Under the pieces are notes generated by a model. That model saw nothing but the letters and a program-made list of their open reading frames with translations, was not told the origin of the DNA and searched no databases. A stretch of 64,000 bases of DNA from Acidimicrobiaceae bacterium (GTDB lineage: Bacteria > Actinomycetota > Acidimicrobiia > Acidimicrobiales > Aldehydirespiratoraceae): contig VYCW01000087.1 in assembly GCA_009843735.1 (NCBI GenBank), forward strand, positions 7,589-71,588. The letters run 5' to 3'. The first letter of the stretch is position 1. Every line of letters starts with the position of its first letter. A program made the translations under genes and the position numbers. Shown here in pieces: positions 52,002-61,942 of the stretch.

Positions 52002-53002
52002 CTTCGGGTTTCGCTGGTGAGCGGTCGGTCGAGCAGCGCTCGGTAGGCCGCGGCGGCGGTGCGGCCGTCCTCGATCACGGCCCGCACCTCCTCTGTGATG
52101 GGCATGTCCACCGACAGCGAGCGGGCCAGCGACGCCACCACCGGGGTGGACTTCACGCCCTCGGCCACCTGGTCCATGGACGCCACGATCTCGTCGATGG
52201 TCTCTCCCCGGCCCAGACGCTCGCCCACATGGCGGTTGCGGCTCTGAGCGCTCACGCAGGTGGCCACGATGTCGCCGATGCCGGCCAGACCCGCGAAGGT
52301 GAGCGGCTCGCCGCCGAGGGCGACGCCCAGGCGGGTGACCTCGGCCAGGCCCCGGGTGATGAGCGTTGCCCGGGTGTTGTCCCCCGCACCGAGCCCGTCC
52401 GCGATGCCGGCCGCCAAGGCGATCACGTTCTTGGTGGCTCCGGCGATCTCGGCCCCGACGACATCGGTGTTGGTGTAGACGCGGAAGTCGTTGGCGCATA
52501 GCACGTCCCGGAGCATCTCGGCCGTCGGGGCGTCCGGGGGTGCCATGGCCAGGACGGCGGCGGCGGCGTGGCCGGCGAGGATCTCCTTGGCCAGGTTCGG
52601 CCCGGTGAGGACCCCGGCCGGCCGGCCGGGCAGTTCGTCGGCCACCACCTCGGTCATCCGCTTGCGACTCTGGGCTTCGAGACCCTTGGTCAGCGACACG
52701 ACAGGCGTCCGGTCCCCGATATGGGGACGCAGCTGTCGCAGCGTGTCGCGGAATCCGTGCGACGGCACCCCCATCACCACCGCGTCTGCGCCACCGGCCG
52801 CCTCGGCGATATCGGAGGTGGCCCGCAGGTCGGGATGCAGCCGCCGGCCGGGCAGGTAACGGCTGTTCTCGCCGGTTGTGTTCACCCCGCCGGCCACCGC
52901 CGAGTCGCGGGCGTAGAGCACCGTGGCAGTGTTGTGAGCGCACAGATGGGCGACGGTCGTGCCCCACGATCCGCCGCCGATCACCGCGACCCGGACGTTC
53001 AC
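51998..53002 (-). CDS. gpsA: NAD(P)H-dependent glycerol-3-phosphate dehydrogenase
   Basis: VAVIGGGSWGTT, GPNLA-E and KNV-A-A-G motifs. GTG start at 53002. Confidence 0.9.
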   Translation of the reverse strand: MNVRVAVIGGGSWGTTVAHLCAHNTATVLYARDSAVAGGVNTTGENSRYLPGRRLHPDLRATSDIAEAAGGADAVVMGVPSHGFRDTLRQLRPHIGDRTPVVSLTKGLEAQSRKRMTEVVADELPGRPAGVLTGPNLAKEILAGHAAAAVLAMAPPDAPTAEMLRDVLCANDFRVYTNTDVVGAEIAGATKNVIALAAGIADGLGAGDNTRATLITRGLAEVTRLGVALGGEPLTFAGLAGIGDIVATCVSAQSRNRHVGERLGRGETIDEIVASMDQVAEGVKSTPVVASLARSLSVDMPITEEVRAVIEDGRTAAAAYRALLDRPLTSETRR

Positions 53003-53057
53003 AGCCGCAACCCTAGACTCGGCCCAGCCCTCGAACTCCAATGCCCGGAGCCGCCCA

Positions 53058-53684
53058 GTGGCGTCGCCACCAGTCCCTGAAGAGCCCGCGACGGCGGTGA
53101 TCGTTCCCATCCGCTCCTTCGACGGCGCGCTGTCGCGGCTCGCGGGCATCCTCGGTGAGGCCCGCTGCCGCGACCTGATGCTCCTGATGGCCCACCGGGT
53201 GGTGGCCGCGGCCGAGCCGCTGCCCGTCCACATCGCCACCGACGACGCCGAGGTGGCGGCCTGGGCCACGGACCTGGGCGCGGCGGTCGTCGCGGCGGGA
53301 CGTCCCGGCCTGACCGTTGCCGTCACCACGGCCGTGGATCACCTGGCCGGCGCCGGAGTCGAGCGTGCCGTGGTGGCCCACGCCGATCTGGCCCTGGCCC
53401 GAACGCTGCGACCCGCGGTCGGTCCGGGGCTGACCATCGTCGGCGACCGCCGGCGGGACGGCTCCAACGTGGTGTGCGTGCCCACCGCGGCCGGTTTCCG
53501 GTTCTCGTACGGGCCTGGCTCCTTCGGACGGCACGTCGCCGAGGCTGAACGGCTCGGGCTCGAAGTGAACGTCGTCGACGACGCAAGCCTCTCGGTGGAC
53601 ATCGACCATCCCGAGGACCTGCGCCACCTGCCCGAAGACCTGCGCGGGGCGCTGGGGCTCGATGAGTTGGTGACGAGCCGGTGA
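53058..53684 (+). CDS. fbiD: 2-phospho-L-lactate/phosphoenolpyruvate guanylyltransferase (CofC/FbiD, F420 biosynthesis)
   Basis: VIVPIRSFDGALSRL N-terminal motif. Start uncertain (GTG 53058). Confidence 0.65.
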   Translation: MASPPVPEEPATAVIVPIRSFDGALSRLAGILGEARCRDLMLLMAHRVVAAAEPLPVHIATDDAEVAAWATDLGAAVVAAGRPGLTVAVTTAVDHLAGAGVERAVVAHADLALARTLRPAVGPGLTIVGDRRRDGSNVVCVPTAAGFRFSYGPGSFGRHVAEAERLGLEVNVVDDASLSVDIDHPEDLRHLPEDLRGALGLDELVTSR

Positions 53685-54412
53685 CCACTGTCGATGTGGC
53701 CGTTCCGGGCCGGGCGCTAGCCGTCGGCGCCCATCCCGACGACATCGAGTTCGGCTGCGGCGCGACCCTGGCCAAGTGGGCCGAGGCCGGCTGCGAAGCG
53801 AGCCTGCTGGTCTGCACCGACGGCTCCAAGGGCACCTGGGACGCCAACGCCGACATCGCCGCCCTGGTTGAGCGCCGCCAGGCGGAGCAGGCCGAGGCGG
53901 CCCGCAGGCTCGGCGCCACCGGCGAGGTGCGCTTCCTCGGCGAGGTGGACGGGGAGCTGGAGGTGACCATGGCCCTGCGCAGCCGGATGGCGAGGATCAT
54001 CAGGGAGCTGCGCCCCGACGTGGTGCTGGGCCACGACCCCTTCAAGCGCTGGAGGTTGCATCCCGATCACCGGGCGGCCGGGTTCTTGTGCATGGACGCG
54101 GTGGTGGCCGCCCGCGACCCCCATTTCTTCAAGGAGCACGGCGTGCCGCACCACCGGCCGGTCGAGCTGCTGCTGTTCGAGTGCGAGGACCCCGACCACG
54201 TCGAGCAGGTGGTCGAGGACCACATGGAGGCCAAGGTGAACGCCCTGCTCGCCCACCAGAGCCAGTTCCGCAGCACCCATGGCATAGGCCCCGACGACGA
54301 CGGCACGGACCGGGCCGCCTTCCGCTCCGGCGTCCTCGACAAGTGCCGGGCCGCCGGCCGCCGGGCCGGTCTGCCCTACGGCGAGGCCTTCAAGCGTGTC
54401 GAGCGGGTGTGA
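53681..54412 (+). CDS. PIG-L/LmbE family deacetylase
   Basis: AVGAHPDDIEFGCG and HPDH motifs. 4-nt overlap with fbiD. Confidence 0.85.
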   Translation: MTTVDVAVPGRALAVGAHPDDIEFGCGATLAKWAEAGCEASLLVCTDGSKGTWDANADIAALVERRQAEQAEAARRLGATGEVRFLGEVDGELEVTMALRSRMARIIRELRPDVVLGHDPFKRWRLHPDHRAAGFLCMDAVVAARDPHFFKEHGVPHHRPVELLLFECEDPDHVEQVVEDHMEAKVNALLAHQSQFRSTHGIGPDDDGTDRAAFRSGVLDKCRAAGRRAGLPYGEAFKRVERV

Positions 54413-54421
54413 CCAGCTCCG

Positions 54422-56857
54422 GTGACCGCCGATAGCCCCGATCCCACCCCCGCAGCCGGCATGCCCGATCAGACCACCGCGCCCCGGGGACTCAGCGCGG
54501 CCGAAGTGGACCAGCGCCGGCGCGACGGCCTCACCAACGACGTGCCCGACGCGCCGGTGCGCACGGTGGGCCAGATCGTGCGGGCCAACGTGCTCACCCC
54601 GGTCAACGCCATCATCGGCTCGATGTTCGCGCTCATCATGGTGGCGGGCTACCCGGCCGACGCCCTGTTCGCCGGGGTCGTGGTGTCCAACAGCGTCATC
54701 GGCATCGCCCAGGAGCTCAGGGCCCGCCGCACGCTGCACCGGCTGGCCGTGCTGTCGGCACCCCGGGCCCGGGTGGTGCGCGACGGCCGGGCGCTGGAGA
54801 TCGACACCAGCGAGGTGGTGGCCGACGATGTCCTGGAACTCCGGCCCGGCGACCAGGTGGTGGTGGACGGCGACGTCGTTGCGGCCCGGGGACTCGAGGT
54901 CGACGAGTCGCTGCTGACCGGCGAGAGCGACCCCGTCGACAAGGCCCCCGGCGACGGGGTGATGTCGGGGTCGTTCGTGAGCGCCGGCGCCGGCTGGTAC
55001 CGGGCCACCGCCATCGGCGCCGACTCCTACGCGGCCCGGCTGTCGGAGGAGGCCCGCCGCTTCAAGCTGGCCGGCAGCGAGCTCAAGGGCGGCGTCGACG
55101 TGATCCTGCGCCGCCTCACCTGGATCATCCCGCTGGCGACCGTGCTGCTGCTGGCGAGGCTTCTGGTCGCCGAGGACCGCTGGCAGGAAGCATTGCAGGG
55201 CACGGTCGCGGCGGCGGTGGCCATGGTGCCCGACGGGCTGGTGCTGCTGACAAGCCTGGCGTTCATCACGGGAGTCGTCGCCCTGGCCCGCCGTAAGGCG
55301 CTGGCCAAGGAGCTGGCGTCGGTGGAGCTGCTGGCCAGGGTGGACACGCTGTGCCTGGACAAGACCGGGACCATCACCACCGGCGACATCTCGTTCGGGC
55401 GAGCCGAGCCCGTGGGCCCGACGACCGAGTCCGAGACGACCGAGATGTTGGCCGCGCTGGCCTCGGCCGACCCGGCTCCCAACGCCACCTTGGCCGCCAT
55501 CGCAGCCGCGGTCGGCGACCGGCCCGACGGATGGGACCTGAGGAGCAGTGTGCCGTTCTCGTCGGCCCGCAAGTGGGCCGCGGCCAGTTTCGAGGGCCGG
55601 GGCACGTTCCACTTGGGTGCTCCCGACGTGCTGCTGGGTACCGGCGAGGCCAGCGACGCGGCCCGGGCCAGAGCAGCAGCCGCGTCCGCCGCGGGCGGCC
55701 GGGTGCTGGTGGTGACCCGCTCCGCTGCGACCGCATCTTCCGACGACAGCCTTCCCGAGGACCGGGAGCCGGTCTGCCTGGTGCACCTCGGCGACACGAT
55801 CCGCTCCGACGCACCGGAGATCTTCGCCTTCTTCCGCGATCAGGGCGTCGACCTAAAGGTCATCTCCGGTGACCACCCCGCCACGGTGGCTGCGGTGGCC
55901 CATCGAGCGGGAATCACCAGCGGCCCGGACGGCAACGGAGAGGGCCGGGTCGCTGCGCCTGCCTTCGACGCCCGCCGGCTTCCCTCCGAGCCCGAGGAGC
56001 TGGCCGACACGCTGGAGTCGAACACCGTGTTCGGTCGGGTCGACCCCCACCAGAAGCGGGCCATGGTTCACGCCCTGCAGTCACGGGGACGCACGGTGGC
56101 CATGACCGGCGACGGCGTGAACGACGTGCTGGCCCTGAAGGACGCCGACATGGGCATCGCCATGGGCACCGGATCCTCGGCAGCCAGGGCCGTAGCCCAA
56201 CTGGTACTTCTGGACAACCGGTTCGCAACCATGCCCCGGGTGCTGGCCGAGGGCCGCCGGGTGATCAACAACATCGAGCGGGTCGCCAACCTGTTCATCA
56301 CCAAGGCGGCTTACGCGGTGCTGCTCACCGTGCTCATCGGGATCGTGGGCTCGCCGTTCCCCTTCCTGCCCCGCCACCTGACTCTCATCGGAACGTTCTC
56401 CGTCGGCGTGCCCGGATTCTTCCTGGCCCTGGCCGCCGACGACCAGCTCGTGCGGCCCGGATTCCTGCGCCGGGTGCTGCGGTTCTCCCTTCCCGCGGGG
56501 ACGGCCGCCGCTGCGGTGACCTTCGCCCTCTACGAGGTCGTGCGCCGGCTCGACGGCATCAGCCTCTACGAGGCCCGCACCTCGGCCACCATGACCCTGC
56601 TGGGGATCGGCTTGGTCATCCTGGTGCTGATCAGCCGACCCCTCAGACCGTGGAAGGTGGGTCTGGCCGCATCCGGGGCCGCCTCCTACGGCGCGACGAT
56701 GGCCTTGCCCTTCGTCCGTGAGTTCTTCCAACTCGACAGCCCGTCACTGGTCGCGTGGCTATGGGTGCTGGGTGCGGTGGTGGTGGGCGGTGTCCTCGCC
56801 TGGGGTGCGGTCGAGGCGCAGGAACGGATCGGCGGAGCCGCAGCGGCGGACGCATGA
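54422..56857 (+). CDS. Cation-transporting P-type ATPase (HAD-IC)
   Basis: 811 aa. TGES, CLDKTGTITTG phosphorylation site and MTGDGVNDVLALK motifs. Confidence 0.92.
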   Translation: MTADSPDPTPAAGMPDQTTAPRGLSAAEVDQRRRDGLTNDVPDAPVRTVGQIVRANVLTPVNAIIGSMFALIMVAGYPADALFAGVVVSNSVIGIAQELRARRTLHRLAVLSAPRARVVRDGRALEIDTSEVVADDVLELRPGDQVVVDGDVVAARGLEVDESLLTGESDPVDKAPGDGVMSGSFVSAGAGWYRATAIGADSYAARLSEEARRFKLAGSELKGGVDVILRRLTWIIPLATVLLLARLLVAEDRWQEALQGTVAAAVAMVPDGLVLLTSLAFITGVVALARRKALAKELASVELLARVDTLCLDKTGTITTGDISFGRAEPVGPTTESETTEMLAALASADPAPNATLAAIAAAVGDRPDGWDLRSSVPFSSARKWAAASFEGRGTFHLGAPDVLLGTGEASDAARARAAAASAAGGRVLVVTRSAATASSDDSLPEDREPVCLVHLGDTIRSDAPEIFAFFRDQGVDLKVISGDHPATVAAVAHRAGITSGPDGNGEGRVAAPAFDARRLPSEPEELADTLESNTVFGRVDPHQKRAMVHALQSRGRTVAMTGDGVNDVLALKDADMGIAMGTGSSAARAVAQLVLLDNRFATMPRVLAEGRRVINNIERVANLFITKAAYAVLLTVLIGIVGSPFPFLPRHLTLIGTFSVGVPGFFLALAADDQLVRPGFLRRVLRFSLPAGTAAAAVTFALYEVVRRLDGISLYEARTSATMTLLGIGLVILVLISRPLRPWKVGLAASGAASYGATMALPFVREFFQLDSPSLVAWLWVLGAVVVGGVLAWGAVEAQERIGGAAAADA

Positions 56858-57522
56858 GTCGCGACATCCTCGTCGTCGGCGGAGACGACCCGGCCACCGC
56901 GCTGGCGTCGGAGTTGTCGGGGAACGTGCTGCACGTCGCGCCCGAAGCTGAAGAGGTCGACGACGGCTTCGTCGACGGCGTGCGACGCGCCGACGGCACC
57001 CCGGTCGACGGACTGGATCTGGTGGTCCATGCCCTCTACCCGCAGCAGAGCCGCACTCCCGCACGCATCGACGAGATGACGGAGAGCGAGTGGACCGCGG
57101 CCTGCGACGATCCGCTGGAGGCCGGCATCCGGCTGGCCCGCGGCGCCCACCGGCACCTGACCGCCCGGCAGGGGACGATCGTGTTCTGCGTGCCGCTGGT
57201 CGGCGCGGCCGGCGCGGCGAGCTTCGTGGCTCTGTCGGCTTTGGCCGAGGGGCTGCGAGTCCTGGCCAGGTCGCTGGCCAGGAGCTGGGGGTCGGAGCAG
57301 ATCCGGGCCCACGCCGTGACCCTTCACCCCTCGATGTTCCTGGCGCCGGAGGATGCAGCCGCAACCGCTGAGGCGACCGCATTGCACGACCCGGCGCTGG
57401 GCCGGCTGCCGTCGGCGGCCGAGATCGCCGCGGTGATCGACGCCCTGTCCGACAGCCGGATCACGGCCGGCCTCACCGGAGCGTCGCTGGTGATGGACGG
57501 CGGAACCTGGATGGCCGGATGA
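56854..57522 (+). CDS. Divergent SDR-like Rossmann-fold protein
   Basis: ATG 56854 overlaps the ATPase stop (ATGA). ILVVGGDD... N-terminus and an SDR-like C-terminus (TGASLVMDGG). The glycine motif is atypical. Confidence 0.5.
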   Translation: MSRDILVVGGDDPATALASELSGNVLHVAPEAEEVDDGFVDGVRRADGTPVDGLDLVVHALYPQQSRTPARIDEMTESEWTAACDDPLEAGIRLARGAHRHLTARQGTIVFCVPLVGAAGAASFVALSALAEGLRVLARSLARSWGSEQIRAHAVTLHPSMFLAPEDAAATAEATALHDPALGRLPSAAEIAAVIDALSDSRITAGLTGASLVMDGGTWMAG

Positions 57523-58298
57523 CCGGGGCGCACGGGGGCCGGGTGCTGGAGGGCCAGGTGGCGGTGGTCACCGGGGCCGGGCAGGGCGTCGGCGCCGGGA
57601 TCGCGTCGGCGCTGGCCGCCGCGGGCGCCGCGGTCGTGATCGCCACCCGTCGAGCCGCCAACGGCGAACCGGCGGCCGAGTCGATCCGGGCCGCCGGCCA
57701 CGAAGCTGTCTTCGTTCGCTGCGACGTCACCCAGGCCGGTGACGTGGAGGCCACGGTGGCTGCGGCGGTGGAGCGCTTCGGCGGTCTCGACATCATGGTC
57801 CACAACGCGGTGGCCCACGCGGGACGGCCCGGAGGGGTGCAGTTCACCCGCAGCGACATGATCCGGCCCCAGATCGCCACCGCCACCACCGCCAGCTTCC
57901 TGTGCGCCCGGGCGTCGCTGCCCCACCTGCGGCAACGGCCCGGGACGTTGATCCTGCTCACGTCGCCTGCCGGGGTGGAGGGATCGGCCAACCTGCCCGT
58001 CTACGCCGCGGTGAAGGCCACCCAGCGCGGGATCGTCAAGAGCCTGGCGCGGGAGTGGGGTCCCCACGGCGTGAGAGTCAACGCCATCGCCCCGGTGGCT
58101 CGTACCCCGGCCATGGACGCGGCCGTTTCCGCCAACCCCGACCTGGAGACCCGCCTCGTCGCCCGCACTCCGCTGGGCCGCATGGGCGACGCGGCCGCCG
58201 ACATCGGACCCGTCGCCGTGTTCCTGGCGTCCGACGGTGCCCGCTACGTCACCGGCCAGACCATCGTGGCCGACGGCGGAGGCTTCCTGGGCCTGTAG
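57519..58298 (+). CDS. SDR family oxidoreductase
   Basis: VVTGAGQGVGAG, NAV and Y-x3-K (YAAVKAT) motifs. 259 aa. Confidence 0.9.
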   Translation: MTGAHGGRVLEGQVAVVTGAGQGVGAGIASALAAAGAAVVIATRRAANGEPAAESIRAAGHEAVFVRCDVTQAGDVEATVAAAVERFGGLDIMVHNAVAHAGRPGGVQFTRSDMIRPQIATATTASFLCARASLPHLRQRPGTLILLTSPAGVEGSANLPVYAAVKATQRGIVKSLAREWGPHGVRVNAIAPVARTPAMDAAVSANPDLETRLVARTPLGRMGDAAADIGPVAVFLASDGARYVTGQTIVADGGGFLGL

Positions 58299-58369
58299 CT
58301 GCGACGATCTGACCGCAAGCGCGGTCTGCACGGTCGGGTGCTAGACCGGGCGGCGTGGGCGAGGTTCAC

Positions 58370-59230
58370 ATGCTGGTCAGCCCCCACGGGGGCCGGGGCC
58401 GGGCCGCGGCGGCGGCGCCGGTCGTTCGGCGGGTGATCGAGCAGGCCGGACACACGCCGGTGGACATCAGCGGGGACTCCGCGGAAGCGTCGGCCGAGGC
58501 GGCCCGGGCCGTGGTGGCCACCGGCGCGGAGCGGCTGATCGCGGTGGGCGGTGACGGAACCCTCCATCTGGCCGTGCAGGGGGTGGCCGGTTCCGGCACG
58601 GCCCTGGGCCTAGTGCCCGCAGGCACCGGCAACGACTTCGCCCGGGCTGTGGGACTGTTCGGCCTCAGCCCCGAGGAGGCAGCGGCCGCCGCACTAGGGC
58701 CGACCCGCCCGGTGGACGCCATCCGCACCGACCGGGCGAGGTGGGTGATATTGAGCATGACCGGCGGCTTCAGCGTGGACGTGAACGTCCGGGCCGATCG
58801 GATGAGCTTCCCCAAAGGGCCGAGCCGCTACACGGTGGCCACCCTGCTGACCATGCCCGGTCTGCGGCATCGCGAGCTCGTTGTCACCGTCGACGGGCAG
58901 CGCAGCGAGTTGCGCAGCGCTCTGTTCGCGGTGAACAACGCTTCGACGTTCGGGGGCGGCATGGCCATCTGCCCCGACGCCGACATCGCCGACGGGCTTA
59001 TCGACGTGTGCGCGGTGGGTCCGGCCAGCCGGACCACGATGCTGCGACTGCTGCCCAAGGTGTTTGAGGGAGGCCACGTCGGCCATCGCCACGTGCACAT
59101 GATGCAGGGCCGCTCCGTCACCATCGAGGGCGAGCCCATGGACCTCGTCGGCGACGGCGAGCCGATCGGAGCGACGCCGATCACGCTGGAGGTCGTTCCC
59201 GGAGCGGTCAACTTCGCCGCCGGCGGGTGA
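58370..59230 (+). CDS. Diacylglycerol kinase family lipid kinase (YegS/BmrU-like)
   Basis: IAVGGDGTLH and PAGTGNDFAR motifs. ATG 58370 preferred over the tracked GTG 58355. Confidence 0.85.
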   Translation: MLVSPHGGRGRAAAAAPVVRRVIEQAGHTPVDISGDSAEASAEAARAVVATGAERLIAVGGDGTLHLAVQGVAGSGTALGLVPAGTGNDFARAVGLFGLSPEEAAAAALGPTRPVDAIRTDRARWVILSMTGGFSVDVNVRADRMSFPKGPSRYTVATLLTMPGLRHRELVVTVDGQRSELRSALFAVNNASTFGGGMAICPDADIADGLIDVCAVGPASRTTMLRLLPKVFEGGHVGHRHVHMMQGRSVTIEGEPMDLVGDGEPIGATPITLEVVPGAVNFAAGG

Positions 59231-59969
59231 CCGGAGCGAGGGCCTCGAGCAGTTCGTCCGCGAAGTCGGGGCGGCAAATCACCAGGCCAGGCGTGTGCGG
59301 GCGGGTCTTATTGAATCGCAGGGGTGAACCGTCGACGCACGAGACGTGCAGGCCCGCAGCCAGCGCCACCGCGGCCGGGGCGCACGTGTCCCACTCGTAG
59401 AGCCCGCCGGCGTGCACGTAGGCGTCCACCTCGCCCCGCACGACCGCCATCGCCTTGACCCCGGCCGAGCCCATGGCCACCACGTCGGCGTCGAGGCGGT
59501 CGGCCAGCATGCGGCCGTCGCTGTAGCCCCGGGACCGGGCCACCACCACCCGGCGGCGCCCGACCCGGCACATCGTCGGCTCGGGAGGCGGATCGGTGGC
59601 GAATGTGGTGTCCCAGGCGGGCACGGCCACCGCCGCGGCGGTGGGCACGCCTCGCTCGCACAGCGCCACGTGCACCGACCATGCCCCGCTCACGCCGAAG
59701 TCGTAGGAACCGTCGATCGGGTCGACAATCCAGACGCGGTCGACATCAAGCCGCCGCCGGTCGTCGTGGCCCTCCTCCGACAACACCGCGTCGCCGGGGC
59801 GGTGACGGGCCAACTCCTGCGTCAGGAACTCATGAGCCTGCCGGTCGCCCGCATCTTCCAGGCCCCAGCCCTGTGGCGCCGACGGGTCACGGAGCAGGTC
59901 GAGCAGCCGCTGCCCGCATTCGTGGGCCAGCCGGGCCGCCAGAGCGTGATCGCCGCTGGCCGCGCTCAC
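59208..59969 (-). CDS. cysQ: Inositol monophosphatase family protein, CysQ-like 3'(2'),5'-bisphosphate nucleotidase
   Basis: SEEG, WIVDPIDGS and WDTCA motifs. 253 aa. Confidence 0.7.
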   Translation of the reverse strand: MSAASGDHALAARLAHECGQRLLDLLRDPSAPQGWGLEDAGDRQAHEFLTQELARHRPGDAVLSEEGHDDRRRLDVDRVWIVDPIDGSYDFGVSGAWSVHVALCERGVPTAAAVAVPAWDTTFATDPPPEPTMCRVGRRRVVVARSRGYSDGRMLADRLDADVVAMGSAGVKAMAVVRGEVDAYVHAGGLYEWDTCAPAAVALAAGLHVSCVDGSPLRFNKTRPHTPGLVICRPDFADELLEALAPVTRRRRS

Positions 59970-60649
59970 GCGGCCGGCGGGCGGCGGTGCACCGTCACCG
60001 CGTAGCTGCCGCCGTCGTAGGGCTCACGGTCCCAGGTGGTCCAGCGGTGCTCCAACTCGAGCCCGGCAGCAGCCGCGAACCGGTCGTAGTCGGCGAAGGT
60101 CAAAGGGGTGAGGCCCAACCGGAAACCCGACACGATCCGGCCGCCAACCGCGAGGTGCCGGGCCAAGTTGGCCACCACTGCCGCCTCGGTGCCGATCTCG
60201 ACGAACGCCATCACGTTGCCCGCCAGCACGACCACGTCGAACCCCCGGGTCGCATAGTCGCCGGGCCCGGCAACGGTTACATCGGTGAGATCGCCCAGGA
60301 TCCAGCGCACGTTCGGGGCCTTGCTGCGGGCTTCGGCCAGCATGCGCTTGTCCACGTCCACGCCCACGACGTCCAGGCCTCGACGGTCGAGTTCGATGGC
60401 GACCCGCCCGGTCCCGCAGCCGGCGTCCAGCACGGAGTCGGGCTCGAACCAGCACACCAGGTCGGCCTCGCCGTGGATCCATTCGCCCCTGGCCTCCATG
60501 CGCTTCCAGCGGTCGTCGTAGACATCGCCCTGGGACGCTCCACCGATCTCCCACCAACGGGTCACCCGATCGACCCTAACCGGGGCCGTCACCGCCCCGG
60601 CGCGGGCGGCCGGGTCCTCGATCACAGCCGCCGCCCACGACCGGGGCAC
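59966..60649 (-). CDS. Class I SAM-dependent methyltransferase
   Basis: VLDAGCGTGRVAIEL motif I. Start uncertain. Confidence 0.8.
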   Translation of the reverse strand: MPRSWAAAVIEDPAARAGAVTAPVRVDRVTRWWEIGGASQGDVYDDRWKRMEARGEWIHGEADLVCWFEPDSVLDAGCGTGRVAIELDRRGLDVVGVDVDKRMLAEARSKAPNVRWILGDLTDVTVAGPGDYATRGFDVVVLAGNVMAFVEIGTEAAVVANLARHLAVGGRIVSGFRLGLTPLTFADYDRFAAAAGLELEHRWTTWDREPYDGGSYAVTVHRRPPAA

Positions 60650-60710
60650 GGCCCGTTAGCCTCGGCTTCGACAGCCGCTTGCTCCGACCACGCACCACAA
60701 GGGAGGGCTC

Positions 60711-61925
60711 ATGGAGTTCGGGATCTTCCAGAACGGGTACATTCCCGGCCCTTCGGCGCACATACCGGAGCATGAACACCTGATGCTGATGCGGGAGGCG
60801 TCGTACCCGATCCTCGGCGACAAGCACAACTGGAAGTTCGCCTGGTTCGGCGAGCACCACTGCCTCACCGAGTACAGCCACATGTCCGCTCCCGAGGTGG
60901 TGATGGGCTGGGTCGCGGCCCAGACCGACTACATCCACCTGGGCACGGCCATCACCAGTCTGCCCACCACCAAGGAGCACCCGGTTCGCATCGCGGAGCG
61001 AGCCGCCATGCTCGACCACTTCTGCGAAGGCCGCTTCGAGTTCGGCACCGGACGGGGCGCGGGCAGCCACGAGGTGGCCACCTTCAACGGCACGGTTACA
61101 TCCGAGACCAAGGCGATGTGGAACGAGGCCATCGCCGAGATCCCCCGGATGTGGGCCCAGCGGGACTACTCCTACGAAGGCGAGCACTTCCGGGTGCCTC
61201 CCAACCACAACATCCTCCCCAAGCCCCTCAACGGCACCCACCCGCCGCTGTGGGTGGCCTGCGGCAACCTGGCCACCTTCGCCACCGCCGGGCAGATGGG
61301 CATCGGAGCGATCGCATTCAATTTCGAGCCGGCGCCCGCGCTCAAGGGTCGCATCGACAGCTACAAGGAGGCCATCGCGGAGTGCTCCGAGCCCCTCGGC
61401 TCGTACATGAACGACAACGTGATGATGACCAACTCGCTGATCTGCCTGGAGGACCGCGACCGGGCCCGGGAGATCGCCCTGATGCACGGCCGGGGCTACT
61501 TGTACTCGATGGTGTGCCTCTACCACGACACCATCCCCAAGCGCGAGGGCGCCCCCACCTGGCCCGAGCCCGCCCAGGGCATACCCGACGAGGCCACCCT
61601 CGACTTCGCAATCGACGCGGGCTACATGCTGTGCGGCACGCCCGAGGAGGTGTGCGAGCAACTGGAGAAGTCCTATGTGGCCGTGGGCACCGACCAGCTG
61701 GTGTTCGGCCTGCCCAACGAGGGCTTCGAGTACGAGGAGATCCTCGAGATGATCGAGATCTTCGGTGACCAGGTGATCCCCGAGTTCGACAAGGACAGGG
61801 TGCACTCCACCGAGAAGTACCGGGCCGGCGCGGTGCGCAAGTACCCGGAGTGGAACGCGCCGCCGCCCGACATCAAGACCAGCCTTCCGCCCAGCGCGTC
61901 GATGCCGATCCCCTACCACCACTGA
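60711..61925 (+). CDS. LLM-class flavin-dependent oxidoreductase (luciferase-like)
   Basis: 404 aa. MEFGIF... and EHH... pattern of luciferase-like monooxygenases. Confidence 0.8.
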   Translation: MEFGIFQNGYIPGPSAHIPEHEHLMLMREASYPILGDKHNWKFAWFGEHHCLTEYSHMSAPEVVMGWVAAQTDYIHLGTAITSLPTTKEHPVRIAERAAMLDHFCEGRFEFGTGRGAGSHEVATFNGTVTSETKAMWNEAIAEIPRMWAQRDYSYEGEHFRVPPNHNILPKPLNGTHPPLWVACGNLATFATAGQMGIGAIAFNFEPAPALKGRIDSYKEAIAECSEPLGSYMNDNVMMTNSLICLEDRDRAREIALMHGRGYLYSMVCLYHDTIPKREGAPTWPEPAQGIPDEATLDFAIDAGYMLCGTPEEVCEQLEKSYVAVGTDQLVFGLPNEGFEYEEILEMIEIFGDQVIPEFDKDRVHSTEKYRAGAVRKYPEWNAPPPDIKTSLPPSASMPIPYHH

Positions 61926-61942
61926 GCGACCGCATTGGCGGT